This document shows, piece by piece, positions 17,784-26,818 of a stretch of 55,510 nucleotides of DNA. The first letter of the stretch is position 1. Each line of letters begins with the position of its first letter. The DNA is from an uncultured Methanosarcinales archaeon (lineage in GTDB: Archaea; Nanobdellota; Nanobdellia; Woesearchaeales; GW2011-AR9). Location: contig CAYSWQ010000005.1 in the NCBI GenBank assembly GCA_964434885.1, positions 1 to 55,510 on the forward strand, in the 5' to 3' direction. Both the position numbers and the translations under genes were made by a program. The notes under the pieces were generated by a model. The model did no database searches. It was not told where the DNA came from and saw only the letters and a program-made list of their open reading frames with translations.

Positions 17784-18953
17784 ATGCACAAAAAAAGAGG
17801 GTTTTTTGCTAATCATAAGTTTGGAATGGCGACAGCCACATTGATTGGAACTATTGTTGGGGCAGGTGTTTTAGGGATCCCTTATGTGATTGCAAAGAGT
17901 GGTTTTGTTTATGGTTCTTTATTGATTTTAGTGGTAGGGGCAGCGTTTTTGTTTTTGAATTTATTTGTAGGAGAAATAGTATTAAGGACTAAAGGTAAAC
18001 ACCAGTTAACTGGATATATGGAGAAATACCTGGGAAAGTGGGGGAAAAACCTAATGATGTTTTCCATGGTGTTTGGAATTTATGGAGCATTAACTGCTTA
18101 TTTGATTGGAGAAGGACAAGTTTTGAAACAGATTCTTGGTGGTCCAGCATGGATATATACTTTAATCTTTTTTGTGATTGTTTCCGTGATTATTTACAGG
18201 GGAGTTAAAGCGGCAGGAAAAGTAGAATTAGTGATGATTGCTTTGTTGGTGGTAATCGTTATTTTAATTGGGGCACTTTCATATGACAAGATTAATATTA
18301 GTAATTTGTCAACATTTAATCCTGCGTTTTTCTTTTTACCATATGGGGTAATTTTGTTTGCTTTTATTGGAACCGCATCGGTTCCGGAAATGAGTGAGCA
18401 ATTAGAAAATGAGAAAAAGAAGTTAAAAAAAGCATTGGTGTGGGGAAGTACAATCCCAGTTTTTTTGTATATTTTGTTTTCTTTTATCATTATCAGTATT
18501 GTGGGTTTGGGAAATTTTGAATTGTTACAACCTAATGAAAGAATTGCAACAGTAGCATTGAGTGTTTACGCTAATCCAACTTTGGGATTGTTTGCAAATA
18601 TTTTTGCAATTTTTACAATGTTTACTACTTTTTTGACGTTAGGAGTAGCATTAAAAGAAATGTATGAGTATGATTATCATTTGAATAAATTTCTGGCGTT
18701 TGCGTTAACGATGTTTTTGCCTTTGGGTTTAGCATTATCTGGGTTTACTACTTTTATTGCGACTTTGGGAATTACTGGAGCAGTAGCAGGAGGAGTAGAT
18801 GGAATCTTGGTAGTGTTGGCATATTGGAAAGCGAAAAAGTTTGGAAATCGTAAACCAGAATATTCTATGCGCGTTCCTAAAATTGTTGGATATGTTTTGA
18901 TTTTGATGTTTGGGGTAGGGATTGCATATCAATTGTGGCAGAAGTTTATTTAA
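17784..18953 (+). CDS. Amino acid permease (Aa_trans/aromatic amino acid permease-like)
   Basis: 389 aa with about 11 TM segments. N-terminal ATATLIGTIVGAGVLGIPYVIAKSG pattern. Confidence 0.65.
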   Translation: MHKKRGFFANHKFGMATATLIGTIVGAGVLGIPYVIAKSGFVYGSLLILVVGAAFLFLNLFVGEIVLRTKGKHQLTGYMEKYLGKWGKNLMMFSMVFGIYGALTAYLIGEGQVLKQILGGPAWIYTLIFFVIVSVIIYRGVKAAGKVELVMIALLVVIVILIGALSYDKINISNLSTFNPAFFFLPYGVILFAFIGTASVPEMSEQLENEKKKLKKALVWGSTIPVFLYILFSFIIISIVGLGNFELLQPNERIATVALSVYANPTLGLFANIFAIFTMFTTFLTLGVALKEMYEYDYHLNKFLAFALTMFLPLGLALSGFTTFIATLGITGAVAGGVDGILVVLAYWKAKKFGNRKPEYSMRVPKIVGYVLILMFGVGIAYQLWQKFI

Positions 18954-18982
18954 TCCGTTACTACTGGATGTTAGCAATTATT

Positions 18983-19000
18983 GCGAAACCTTTATATATA
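18983..19000 (+). promoter_or_regulatory. BRE/TATA promoter (GCGAAACCTTTATATATA)
   Basis: Strong TATA about 60 nt upstream of ATG 19060. It is the only such element ahead of the three tightly spaced genes 19060-26661. Confidence 0.5.
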
Positions 19001-19059
19001 TGTGGTTACTTTTGGGTAGTGTTATATATTAGTAGGTGTTAGATGGTGGAAAATTTAAA

Positions 19060-21573
19060 ATGTCTACTGATAATGATGGAAATGGTTCTGATGGTTCTGA
19101 TATGGATACTTATGTGAATGAACTTTGGGACCAAGCTGCAGAAGCTGATGAATTACCTGGAGAAAAGACCATGGTAATGTCAATGCAACATATTGCAGAA
19201 GATGAAAGTTCTGAAGCAGTTGGAGCTATTTCTACCGATGATAAACCAGAACCAGAATTATTTAAAGAGAGTTCTGTTCAAGTTGATCAAGAAGCATTAA
19301 AAGAACCAGAAGTTGTTTCTATGACTCCAGAAGAACTTGAAAAGCCAGGTTTTTGGGCTGGATTATATGCTCGATTAAATCAACCAGTGTTTAATGGTAA
19401 AGAAGAATCAGATCCAGAAATTCCAATTGAGGTAGAAGAACCAGTGGAAAAACCAATAATTCCTGCGTCAAAACCAGAACCTGTTTTGCTTGAAGAGAAA
19501 GTAGAAGAGACAGATGCTTTAGCAACTACTTTAGAATTTGAAAGAAAAGAGCCTGGTTTTTTGGGTCGATTGTATCAGGCAGCCAAGATTTTTTTTAGTG
19601 GAGAAGAAGAACTTCAAGTTGAACCAAAAGAATTACTGGCGGAAAATCCCGCTTATGAAGAAATGGAATTGATCGATAGATTATCTTATGATTTAACAAA
19701 TGAATTTTTTCCTTTTCCTGGAAGTATGGAAAGACCAGCTGTTTTTGATGATTTGGATGAAGCAAAAATGGCACTATTGGATTTTGTTAGTGCAGAAGGA
19801 TATAGGAAATTGGAAGATATTTTACCAAAATCAGATAGGGAAGATCAGAAATTAATGTTTTTGAATTGTGCTTATAATTTATTGGAAAATGATTATGTTC
19901 GTTTAGTAAAAACGAAAGCAGACTCAGAAAAAGCAAGACTTATTTTGGAAAGCAAAATTGTTGCATTAAGGGGAGACTTGAGTCAAGCGAAAGAAGACAT
20001 AGATAGTTTACGAGAAGTTGGCGAAGATTATAATAGAGATAATGAAAATTTTAAACAATATAATGATGAATTAGAAGGAAAATTGGATGAAGCAGAAGCT
20101 GAAGCAAGCCAATTAAAAATTAATTTAGAGAGTGTAAATAAACAACTTGGTGAAACTCAAGGGTTGTTATATCGGATTACAGGAGAAAGAGATTCTTTGC
20201 AAAAGAAGTTGAGAAGATATATTGATATCATGGGAGACCATACTGCTGAAGAGTTTAGAGATAGGACTTTGGAAGCAGAAGGAGAACACCAAGTGGAAAA
20301 ATTACAAAGACAAAATTTAGAAGGAGAATTCGAAGATTATAAATTAGCTGCAGAGCAGAGAGAAGCAGATTTGCAGGCTCGGTTAGATGGTGTTGAAGGA
20401 TTACAATTAGGAATAGAAAGAAGCAAAAAAGAAACTGAAGAACAATTGGTTGCAGTACAGGCTGAATCTAGTTCGGCACAAGAAAGAATTAGTAAATTAC
20501 AAGCTTCTTTAACTCGAGTTAATGATACTTTAGCAGAATATAGGGTGAATTTGGGAGGAGATGAACCAGTTGAAATTAAAGCTTATATTGAAAGTTTGGA
20601 AAATGCTAAAGAGGAAGCTGAAGAAAAATTAACTACTGCAACTGAATCATTGAAATTACTAAAAGATAGATTGGGAAGATATCATACTTTAACTGCAGAA
20701 CAAATTGACACAGAATTTGATGGTATTAAAGAGACTAATGAAAGATTGGAAGAAAGTGTTTTTGATTCTAAAGAAGAATTGGCTGAGATTGTTGAAGAAT
20801 TGAAAGGAGTTAAACAAACTTTAGATGAGAGAACTGCCGAATTAGAAAGAGTTCAAAAAGAATTTAAAACTTATAAATTAGTAGATCCAGAAGCACAAGA
20901 GCATGCAGATAATTTATTTGCATTGGAAGAACAGAATGAATTATTGTCTGCTCAGAATGCAGAATTAGTGGTTGATTCTCATCCAAGAAGAGGAAATAAT
21001 GTTTTAATGGTTGCAGCAGGATTTTTGACTGCTACTTGTTTGGGGGCAGCTGTTTATTTGGGAATTCAGAATGCAGATTTATCTAGTGAGTTAGTTAATG
21101 CTAGAAATCAAAATACAAGTTTAACTCAAACTTATCAGAAAGAGAAAACTCAAATGGTTAGTGGCTATGCACAGAAGAGTAAAGCAGCAGAACAGAAACA
21201 TTCTCAATTTGCTGCTCGAGCCAACAAACTTAATGCTTCTTTGCAAAAGAAATTAGAAGAATCAAAATCAGAATATCAGGATTTAGCTGTGGAATCAGTG
21301 GCTATGGAGAATTATGCATCAATCTTAAAAGCAGATAATTTAGGTGAATTCCAAAAAGTATTGAGAGATTATACTCGAAGTGAAGGGGGAGTAAAAATGA
21401 CTTGTTCTACTCGAGCAGAATGTGCAGAAGATTTGTATGGTCAAATGGTGGATGGATACACACCTGCAGAAGGAGATCTGAAAACAAAAGAAAAATTTGT
21501 GAAGCTGTTTGAAGAAACTTATGCTAAAACACTTCCTGAAAAATTTGGGAAGAAAATCTCTATTGGGATGTAA
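19060..21573 (+). CDS. Giant acidic coiled-coil protein with a single TM segment (unknown function)
   Basis: The track ORF starts at GTG 19036, and in-frame ATG 19060 follows GGTGG. It has an acidic Pro/Glu-rich N-terminus, two PGF(W/L)xxLY motifs, about 350 aa of heptad-like sequence, a TM (NNVLMVAAGFLTATCLGAAVYLGIQ, nt about 20998-21066) and a roughly 165-aa tail. Confidence 0.7.
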   Translation: MSTDNDGNGSDGSDMDTYVNELWDQAAEADELPGEKTMVMSMQHIAEDESSEAVGAISTDDKPEPELFKESSVQVDQEALKEPEVVSMTPEELEKPGFWAGLYARLNQPVFNGKEESDPEIPIEVEEPVEKPIIPASKPEPVLLEEKVEETDALATTLEFERKEPGFLGRLYQAAKIFFSGEEELQVEPKELLAENPAYEEMELIDRLSYDLTNEFFPFPGSMERPAVFDDLDEAKMALLDFVSAEGYRKLEDILPKSDREDQKLMFLNCAYNLLENDYVRLVKTKADSEKARLILESKIVALRGDLSQAKEDIDSLREVGEDYNRDNENFKQYNDELEGKLDEAEAEASQLKINLESVNKQLGETQGLLYRITGERDSLQKKLRRYIDIMGDHTAEEFRDRTLEAEGEHQVEKLQRQNLEGEFEDYKLAAEQREADLQARLDGVEGLQLGIERSKKETEEQLVAVQAESSSAQERISKLQASLTRVNDTLAEYRVNLGGDEPVEIKAYIESLENAKEEAEEKLTTATESLKLLKDRLGRYHTLTAEQIDTEFDGIKETNERLEESVFDSKEELAEIVEELKGVKQTLDERTAELERVQKEFKTYKLVDPEAQEHADNLFALEEQNELLSAQNAELVVDSHPRRGNNVLMVAAGFLTATCLGAAVYLGIQNADLSSELVNARNQNTSLTQTYQKEKTQMVSGYAQKSKAAEQKHSQFAARANKLNASLQKKLEESKSEYQDLAVESVAMENYASILKADNLGEFQKVLRDYTRSEGGVKMTCSTRAECAEDLYGQMVDGYTPAEGDLKTKEKFVKLFEETYAKTLPEKFGKKISIGM

Positions 21574-21607
21574 TAATAAATAAAAAATAAAGCGAGGAAA
21601 AAACAAA

Positions 21608-23668
21608 ATGAAAAAATTAGAAAACATGTTGAGAAGTGCAGTTTTTGCTGGAAGTATGGCATTAGCTGGATTAGGATTATATTCAACTGCAGTAGCAGGA
21701 GAACCTGGACCAAAATCAGATGCAACTGTTGTAGATGCAAGAGGACCAGATGCTGGTGCTCCTAAATTAAAATATAAATTAGATGCTGGTGTTCCAGATA
21801 CTGCTTCACCTGATAGTGCAAAACCAGACATGTATGGTGGTAAAAAAGACAAGGGTGCTCCAATTGTTAAAAAAGATATGTCTTGGAATTGGAATTTTTC
21901 TGATAGTGGAAGTAATGCAGAAGCAACTCCAGATGCTAGTGTTAGGAAAGATATGGGAACTAAGAAAGATTTAGGTTCTCAGAAAGATATGGGAACTAAA
22001 GATATGGGCCCTAAAAAAGATGTAGGTTCTGACAAAGGTAAAGGAAAAACAGCTCCTAAAACACCACCTAAAAAAGTCCCTAAAAAAACTCCTAAAGTAG
22101 AATATAAAGGGAAATTGGAAATTAAATGTGAGAAAGGAGAATACAAAGTTCCTACTAACAGAGGAGATTTACCAGGGAAGTGTGTTATTGATAATAAACC
22201 AAAATACAAACCTTCTAAGTTAGGAACTAAAACCATCTGTGGAACTGATGTTGTTAAGAAAGTTAAATTCAAAACCGGAAAAAAAGCAACTTTTAAGGAA
22301 TTGAATTTGAAAGGTTACACTTGTATGCACAAGCATGTAGTTAAGTCTTTTGGATTTGACTTTTTGAATGGAAACCAATACACTAACAAATTAGAAGAAA
22401 TGTGTGGACCGCAATATCAATGTGCTAAGAATGGTTTAGCTCAGAAAGCAAAAGGATTGAGTAAAGCTAAGCAGTTAGAAAATATGTTAGAACCATGTAA
22501 AGATGAGTACAAGGTTTTGAAAACAAAAACTGAAGCAGCTCAAAAGAGTTACACTGGTTTACAAGCAGCAATTAGGAATTTAGATGGTGCTGTAGCTAAA
22601 CAAAAAGCACAAGTGAAAGCAAATTATCCTAAAGCTTTAGAAGCAGTGAAGAAAGGAGTACCTCAAGTTGGTGATTCGGAAGCTGTTAATAAAGCTAAAG
22701 CGTTTTTTGATGCGTCCAAAAAAGATTACCAAGCGAAAGAGAAAGATTTGAAAGCTTATTTGGGAGAATTAGCAAAGACTGGTTGTGTGACTGAAGATCT
22801 AGGACATTTGAATAAGAAGATTCAAAATCAGTTTACTCAAGTCTACAATGACTTAAATGATTTGGGAGGCGAAGTGGATGCAAACACAGAAGGTCGTTTA
22901 GCTAATAAAAAGAAACTTGGAGAATTAGGACCAAAAGTTAGAAAGAATATAACTAACATTGGAAACAATGCAGATAACATTGGTGTTAACTCAGATGATA
23001 TTGAAGGTCTTAAAAAGAAAGATTTACAACATGATGCAGCAATAAAGAAAGGTACAGCTGCAAGAAAAGCCTTAGAAGAAAAAGTAAGCAAAGGACATGG
23101 CGTTGAAGTTGGAATTGGACCAGTTTATATGAAAGATGCAGCTAATGCAGAAACTGGTGACAATGGTTCTCGTTATGGAGTTATGGCTCAAGTGGTTAAG
23201 AAATTTGGACACAAAGCTAAAACTTATCTTGGCGGTTTCTTAATGGTTACTGGTGGTTCTGGAAGTAAAACCACAGATGCAAATAAACCTTCTTACCAAG
23301 GTACTGTAACTAATGAATCTGGTAACACTAGTTTCACTGCAGGAGTTGTAGCTGGAAAAGACGATCTTTTACATAATGGTAAAAATGTTGATTTCGGTTT
23401 AGAAGGAGCATTAGGTGGAGGAGTTGATCTTGAAACAAAAAACACCAAAGTTAAAGGACAACATTATGTAAATGGTGTTAAACAAGGAAAAGCTTTGGAG
23501 TATGATAAAGATTCAACTACAGAAAGACCTGGTAATTTTGTTGGTATGATTTGCCCAACAGTTACTTTCAATAATAAATTGAAACTAAGTACCTGTGCTA
23601 TTGGTAAATTAAATACTAAAGGAAAAGTTTCACCAGGAGGATCATTACTATTAAAATATGCTTTTTAG
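21608..23668 (+). CDS. Secreted Lys-rich protein with a central coiled coil and a C-terminal OMP-like beta-barrel domain (unknown function)
   Basis: GAGGA SD and a signal peptide. Also KDMGTK-type low-complexity repeats and a PKKxPKK tract. The last ~190 aa alternate hydrophobic and polar residues and end in LLLKYAF*. Confidence 0.7.
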   Translation: MKKLENMLRSAVFAGSMALAGLGLYSTAVAGEPGPKSDATVVDARGPDAGAPKLKYKLDAGVPDTASPDSAKPDMYGGKKDKGAPIVKKDMSWNWNFSDSGSNAEATPDASVRKDMGTKKDLGSQKDMGTKDMGPKKDVGSDKGKGKTAPKTPPKKVPKKTPKVEYKGKLEIKCEKGEYKVPTNRGDLPGKCVIDNKPKYKPSKLGTKTICGTDVVKKVKFKTGKKATFKELNLKGYTCMHKHVVKSFGFDFLNGNQYTNKLEEMCGPQYQCAKNGLAQKAKGLSKAKQLENMLEPCKDEYKVLKTKTEAAQKSYTGLQAAIRNLDGAVAKQKAQVKANYPKALEAVKKGVPQVGDSEAVNKAKAFFDASKKDYQAKEKDLKAYLGELAKTGCVTEDLGHLNKKIQNQFTQVYNDLNDLGGEVDANTEGRLANKKKLGELGPKVRKNITNIGNNADNIGVNSDDIEGLKKKDLQHDAAIKKGTAARKALEEKVSKGHGVEVGIGPVYMKDAANAETGDNGSRYGVMAQVVKKFGHKAKTYLGGFLMVTGGSGSKTTDANKPSYQGTVTNESGNTSFTAGVVAGKDDLLHNGKNVDFGLEGALGGGVDLETKNTKVKGQHYVNGVKQGKALEYDKDSTTERPGNFVGMICPTVTFNNKLKLSTCAIGKLNTKGKVSPGGSLLLKYAF

Positions 23669-23694
23669 AAAAGCATACGAGGTAAACTAAAAAA

Positions 23695-26661
23695 ATGAAA
23701 ATCTTAAAAATATTCACGGTGATTTTTTTAGTTTTAGCTTTGACTACCAGTGGATTGGCTCACCTTGATTGGTTAAAGGTAGATAATACCTTGACTCCTC
23801 TTTTGGCTTGGGACAATGGTAAAAAAACTAAAACTATTACTGATGGAGAATCAGCTACCTTTTCAACAGGGCGGTTTATTTCTCTTACTGACTCAACTGT
23901 AAGTTTAAAGGCATATTTGAATGATGCTCTTACTGGAAAAACAATCAATCAGATTTATTCTGAAGCAGTTGATGTAACAAAAGACGCTCAAGAAAGAAAG
24001 ATTACTATTAAACAGAGTAATTATTTGAAGCCAGGTAAATATGTAGTAGTAATTAATCTACAAACAAAAAATGAGCAATCATCTGATGTTAGCTTAACTT
24101 TAGAAGTTAAAGAAAAGAGTAACTCTGTTACTCCAGTAAATCCGATTGATCCAAATGGACCTAAAGTTAATCCTGGACCTTTTAAGAAAGTCATTAAACC
24201 TTATGCTTTTATGTCTTGGTCTGGTCAAGATATTAATCAGAAAAGTAAAACTGTGATTGTGGGAGAATCTGCAAAAGCAGTATATGTTGCTTCTAGTAAT
24301 GAAGGATATGTGATTGCCAAATTGGAATTAGTACAAAATGGTAAAGTTATCAAAAAATTGGTTGAGAAATCAGCAACTGATAATTACTTAGCTTATGTTA
24401 CTGGTTCTGAAACACTAAATTTAGGTGTTGGTAAATATGAATTGCGATTAGTAGCAGTAGATAAAGACAAAGATTATTCTGTGTATTCTTTATATTTGGA
24501 TGTTAATCAAAAGACAGCAACCTATAAACCAAAGATTCCTCAGAAGCAACCAGGACCTTTCAAAAAAGTTCCTCAAGGGAAAGCAGCACCTTCAATTACT
24601 TTGTCATCTAACAATGTGGTTGTGAAAGAAAATGAGAAAACTAGCATCACAGTTACTGCAACTGATGCAGATAGTAAAAACTTGAAGTTAAGAGCTTACT
24701 TTAAATACACTATTTTTGGTTGGACACTTCCAATTGAATTTAAGTCGTTATGGGGAGCTACTTTTGTAGATAACGGAGATAATACTGGAACTTACACATT
24801 TGCTCCAGATTATAACTTTGTAATCCATAAGTTAACTAGCAAGGTTACTGATTTATATGTGGCTGCTTCAGATGGAGAAACTACTGATGCAGAAGCTAAA
24901 GTGACTGTAACAGTATTGGATGTTAATCGAAAGCCTACTTTTGTTAATTTCGTTAAAGACAGAACCATTGAAGTTGGTAAAGAATTGAAATTTAAAGTAA
25001 CTGGAACAGATGCAGATAAAGAAGATATTAAATCTTTGAAATTCGCAGCTGGTCCAGCTTCATTAGGTTTTAAATTTACTGAAAAAGGCGAATTTACTTG
25101 GACTCCAACTAAAACTGGAGAATATGCAGTATTCTTCCAGATTACTGATCAAATGGGTTTGAGTAGTGATTTGGCTACATTGAAAATCAATGTTAAGGCA
25201 GCTCCAGTTAAACCAAATACTCCTCCAGTAATGGATCCGATTAAGGATAAAACTGGATATGTGGGAGAGAAAGTTAGCTTTGGAGTTAAAGCCACTGATG
25301 CAGATAATGATAAGTTAACATTTAACAAGTTTTACTTGCCTACTGGATCTAAGTTTACCGATAATGGAGATGGAACAGGAACATTTACTTGGACTCCAAC
25401 CAAAGTTGGAACTTATAAAATGGCTTTCCAAGCAGATGATGGAAAAGCAGAAAGTAAGGCAGAGTTTGTTACTTTGACTATTAAGGAAAAATCAACTACA
25501 AATAACAACCCAGTAATCGAATCAATTGGAGACAAACAAGTTGAAGTTGGTAAACAATTAACTATCAAAGTTAAAGCAACCGATAAAGATGGAGATAAGT
25601 TAACTTGGGAAGTTAATCCAAAAGACTTTACTGGACACAAGTTTGTTGACAATGGAGACGGAACTGGAGTATTCACCTGGACTCCAACTAAAGTAGGAAC
25701 TTATTCTGCTTTATTCGGAGTATCTGATGGAATGGGGGGAGAAGACAAGGAAAATATTGGTATCGAAGTTAATGCTAAACCAGTTACTCCTACAAATAAC
25801 AACCCAGTAATCGAATCAATTGGAGACAAACAAGTTGAAGTTGGTAAACAATTAACTATCAAAGTTAAAGCAACCGATAAAGATGGAGATAAGTTAACTT
25901 GGGAAGTTAATCCAAAAGACTTTACTGGACACAAGTTTGTTGACAATGGAGACGGAACTGGAGTATTCACCTGGACTCCAACTAAAGTAGGAACTTATTC
26001 TGCTTTATTCGGAGTATCTGATGGTTTTGGTGGAGGAGAAGCTAAAGAGACAATTAAGATCAACGTAATTAGATCTAATTCAGCACCAAAGATTGTTTCT
26101 TCACCTTTGACTACTGCTAACTTGGGAAAAGAATACACTTACACTGTTAAAGTAGTTGATGCTGAGAATGATCCAGTTAAATATGAAGTATTGTCTGGAC
26201 CAGCAGGAATGAGTTTTAAGAACAATGTTTTATCTTGGACACCAACAAATTCGGGAAAAGCATGTGCTTTGATTCAAGTAACTGAGACAAACACAGCAAG
26301 TAAATTGACAGATAGTCAAGGTTTCTGTGTTGGAACTCAAGAAAAAACTGCGGAAGTAAAATTCGTTACTGCTAACTTATGGTCTGAATATCTCTTACCT
26401 GGAGAATACTTGAGAATCAATGTAGGGGTAAACAATAACGGGGACAAAGATTTCGAAGATTTGAAAGTTACTGGTGTTGTTTACAGTTTAGGACTAATGA
26501 GAACTACTGGTCATTTTGACTTAGATAGTGGAAAGACTTGGCAGAAACAACTAGTAATGGAAATTCCAGCAGATACTCCTGTTGGAGATTATTATGTAAG
26601 AATCACTGTTAGTGGAGATGAGATTAAACACACAACTCATCGGGTTTTTACCATCTACTAA
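23695..26661 (+). CDS. Large secreted adhesin-like protein with about 6 cadherin-like/He_PIG-type Ig repeats and CARDB-like end domains
   Basis: Signal peptide. Two PGPFKKV linkers. Repeats carry (V/K)TATDAD.., DNGDGTG(T/V)FTWTPTK.G.Y motifs. No C-terminal TM. Confidence 0.8.
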   Translation: MKILKIFTVIFLVLALTTSGLAHLDWLKVDNTLTPLLAWDNGKKTKTITDGESATFSTGRFISLTDSTVSLKAYLNDALTGKTINQIYSEAVDVTKDAQERKITIKQSNYLKPGKYVVVINLQTKNEQSSDVSLTLEVKEKSNSVTPVNPIDPNGPKVNPGPFKKVIKPYAFMSWSGQDINQKSKTVIVGESAKAVYVASSNEGYVIAKLELVQNGKVIKKLVEKSATDNYLAYVTGSETLNLGVGKYELRLVAVDKDKDYSVYSLYLDVNQKTATYKPKIPQKQPGPFKKVPQGKAAPSITLSSNNVVVKENEKTSITVTATDADSKNLKLRAYFKYTIFGWTLPIEFKSLWGATFVDNGDNTGTYTFAPDYNFVIHKLTSKVTDLYVAASDGETTDAEAKVTVTVLDVNRKPTFVNFVKDRTIEVGKELKFKVTGTDADKEDIKSLKFAAGPASLGFKFTEKGEFTWTPTKTGEYAVFFQITDQMGLSSDLATLKINVKAAPVKPNTPPVMDPIKDKTGYVGEKVSFGVKATDADNDKLTFNKFYLPTGSKFTDNGDGTGTFTWTPTKVGTYKMAFQADDGKAESKAEFVTLTIKEKSTTNNNPVIESIGDKQVEVGKQLTIKVKATDKDGDKLTWEVNPKDFTGHKFVDNGDGTGVFTWTPTKVGTYSALFGVSDGMGGEDKENIGIEVNAKPVTPTNNNPVIESIGDKQVEVGKQLTIKVKATDKDGDKLTWEVNPKDFTGHKFVDNGDGTGVFTWTPTKVGTYSALFGVSDGFGGGEAKETIKINVIRSNSAPKIVSSPLTTANLGKEYTYTVKVVDAENDPVKYEVLSGPAGMSFKNNVLSWTPTNSGKACALIQVTETNTASKLTDSQGFCVGTQEKTAEVKFVTANLWSEYLLPGEYLRINVGVNNNGDKDFEDLKVTGVVYSLGLMRTTGHFDLDSGKTWQKQLVMEIPADTPVGDYYVRITVSGDEIKHTTHRVFTIY
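25498..26024 (+). repeat. Perfect 233-bp direct duplication (25498-25730 and 25792-26024; period 294 bp = 98 codons) inside the adhesin gene
   Basis: The two copies read identically base for base by eye and encode TNNNPVIESIGDKQVEVGKQLTIKVKATDKDGDKLTWEVNPKDFTGHKFVDNGDGTGVFTWTPTKVGTYSALFGVSDG twice. Confidence 0.9.
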
Positions 26662-26665
26662 AAAA

Positions 26666-26703
26666 GGAGTAATTAGTGTAATATAACTATTACACAATAC
26701 TCC
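26666..26703 (+). terminator. Strong hairpin just after the adhesin stop (possible terminator or processing site)
   Basis: GGAGTA..GTGTAATA-TAAC-TATTACAC..TACTCC (6 + 8 bp with a small internal loop). Confidence 0.4.
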
Positions 26704-26736
26704 TAATGTGTTCCTACTCAATAATGCTAAAACAAA

Positions 26737-26776
26737 CGAAACATTTATATATGACCTCGAGTATAGGGTCATATAT
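26737..26776 (+). promoter_or_regulatory. BRE/TATA promoter (CGAAACATTTATATA) overlapped by a 10-bp inverted repeat ATATATGACC-N10-GGTCATATAT
   Basis: TATA at 26744-26751. Palindrome arms at 26747-26756 and 26767-26776. About 70 nt upstream of ATG 26819. Confidence 0.5.
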
Positions 26777-26818
26777 TAAAACTAATACTACAAAAACCGA
26801 ATTCGGAGGATAAGAAAA

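Noticed and set aside
25413-25970. Two minus-strand ORFs (25413..25676, 25701..25970) with identical N-terminal sequences
   Set aside because: They are antisense artefacts of the perfect 233-bp duplication inside the adhesin gene.
25498-26024. CRISPR array or DGR template/variable repeat pair
   Set aside because: There are only two copies, 233 bp long, in frame within a CDS, so this is not CRISPR. The copies are identical, not adenine-specific variants, and no reverse transcriptase is present in the window, so this is not a DGR.
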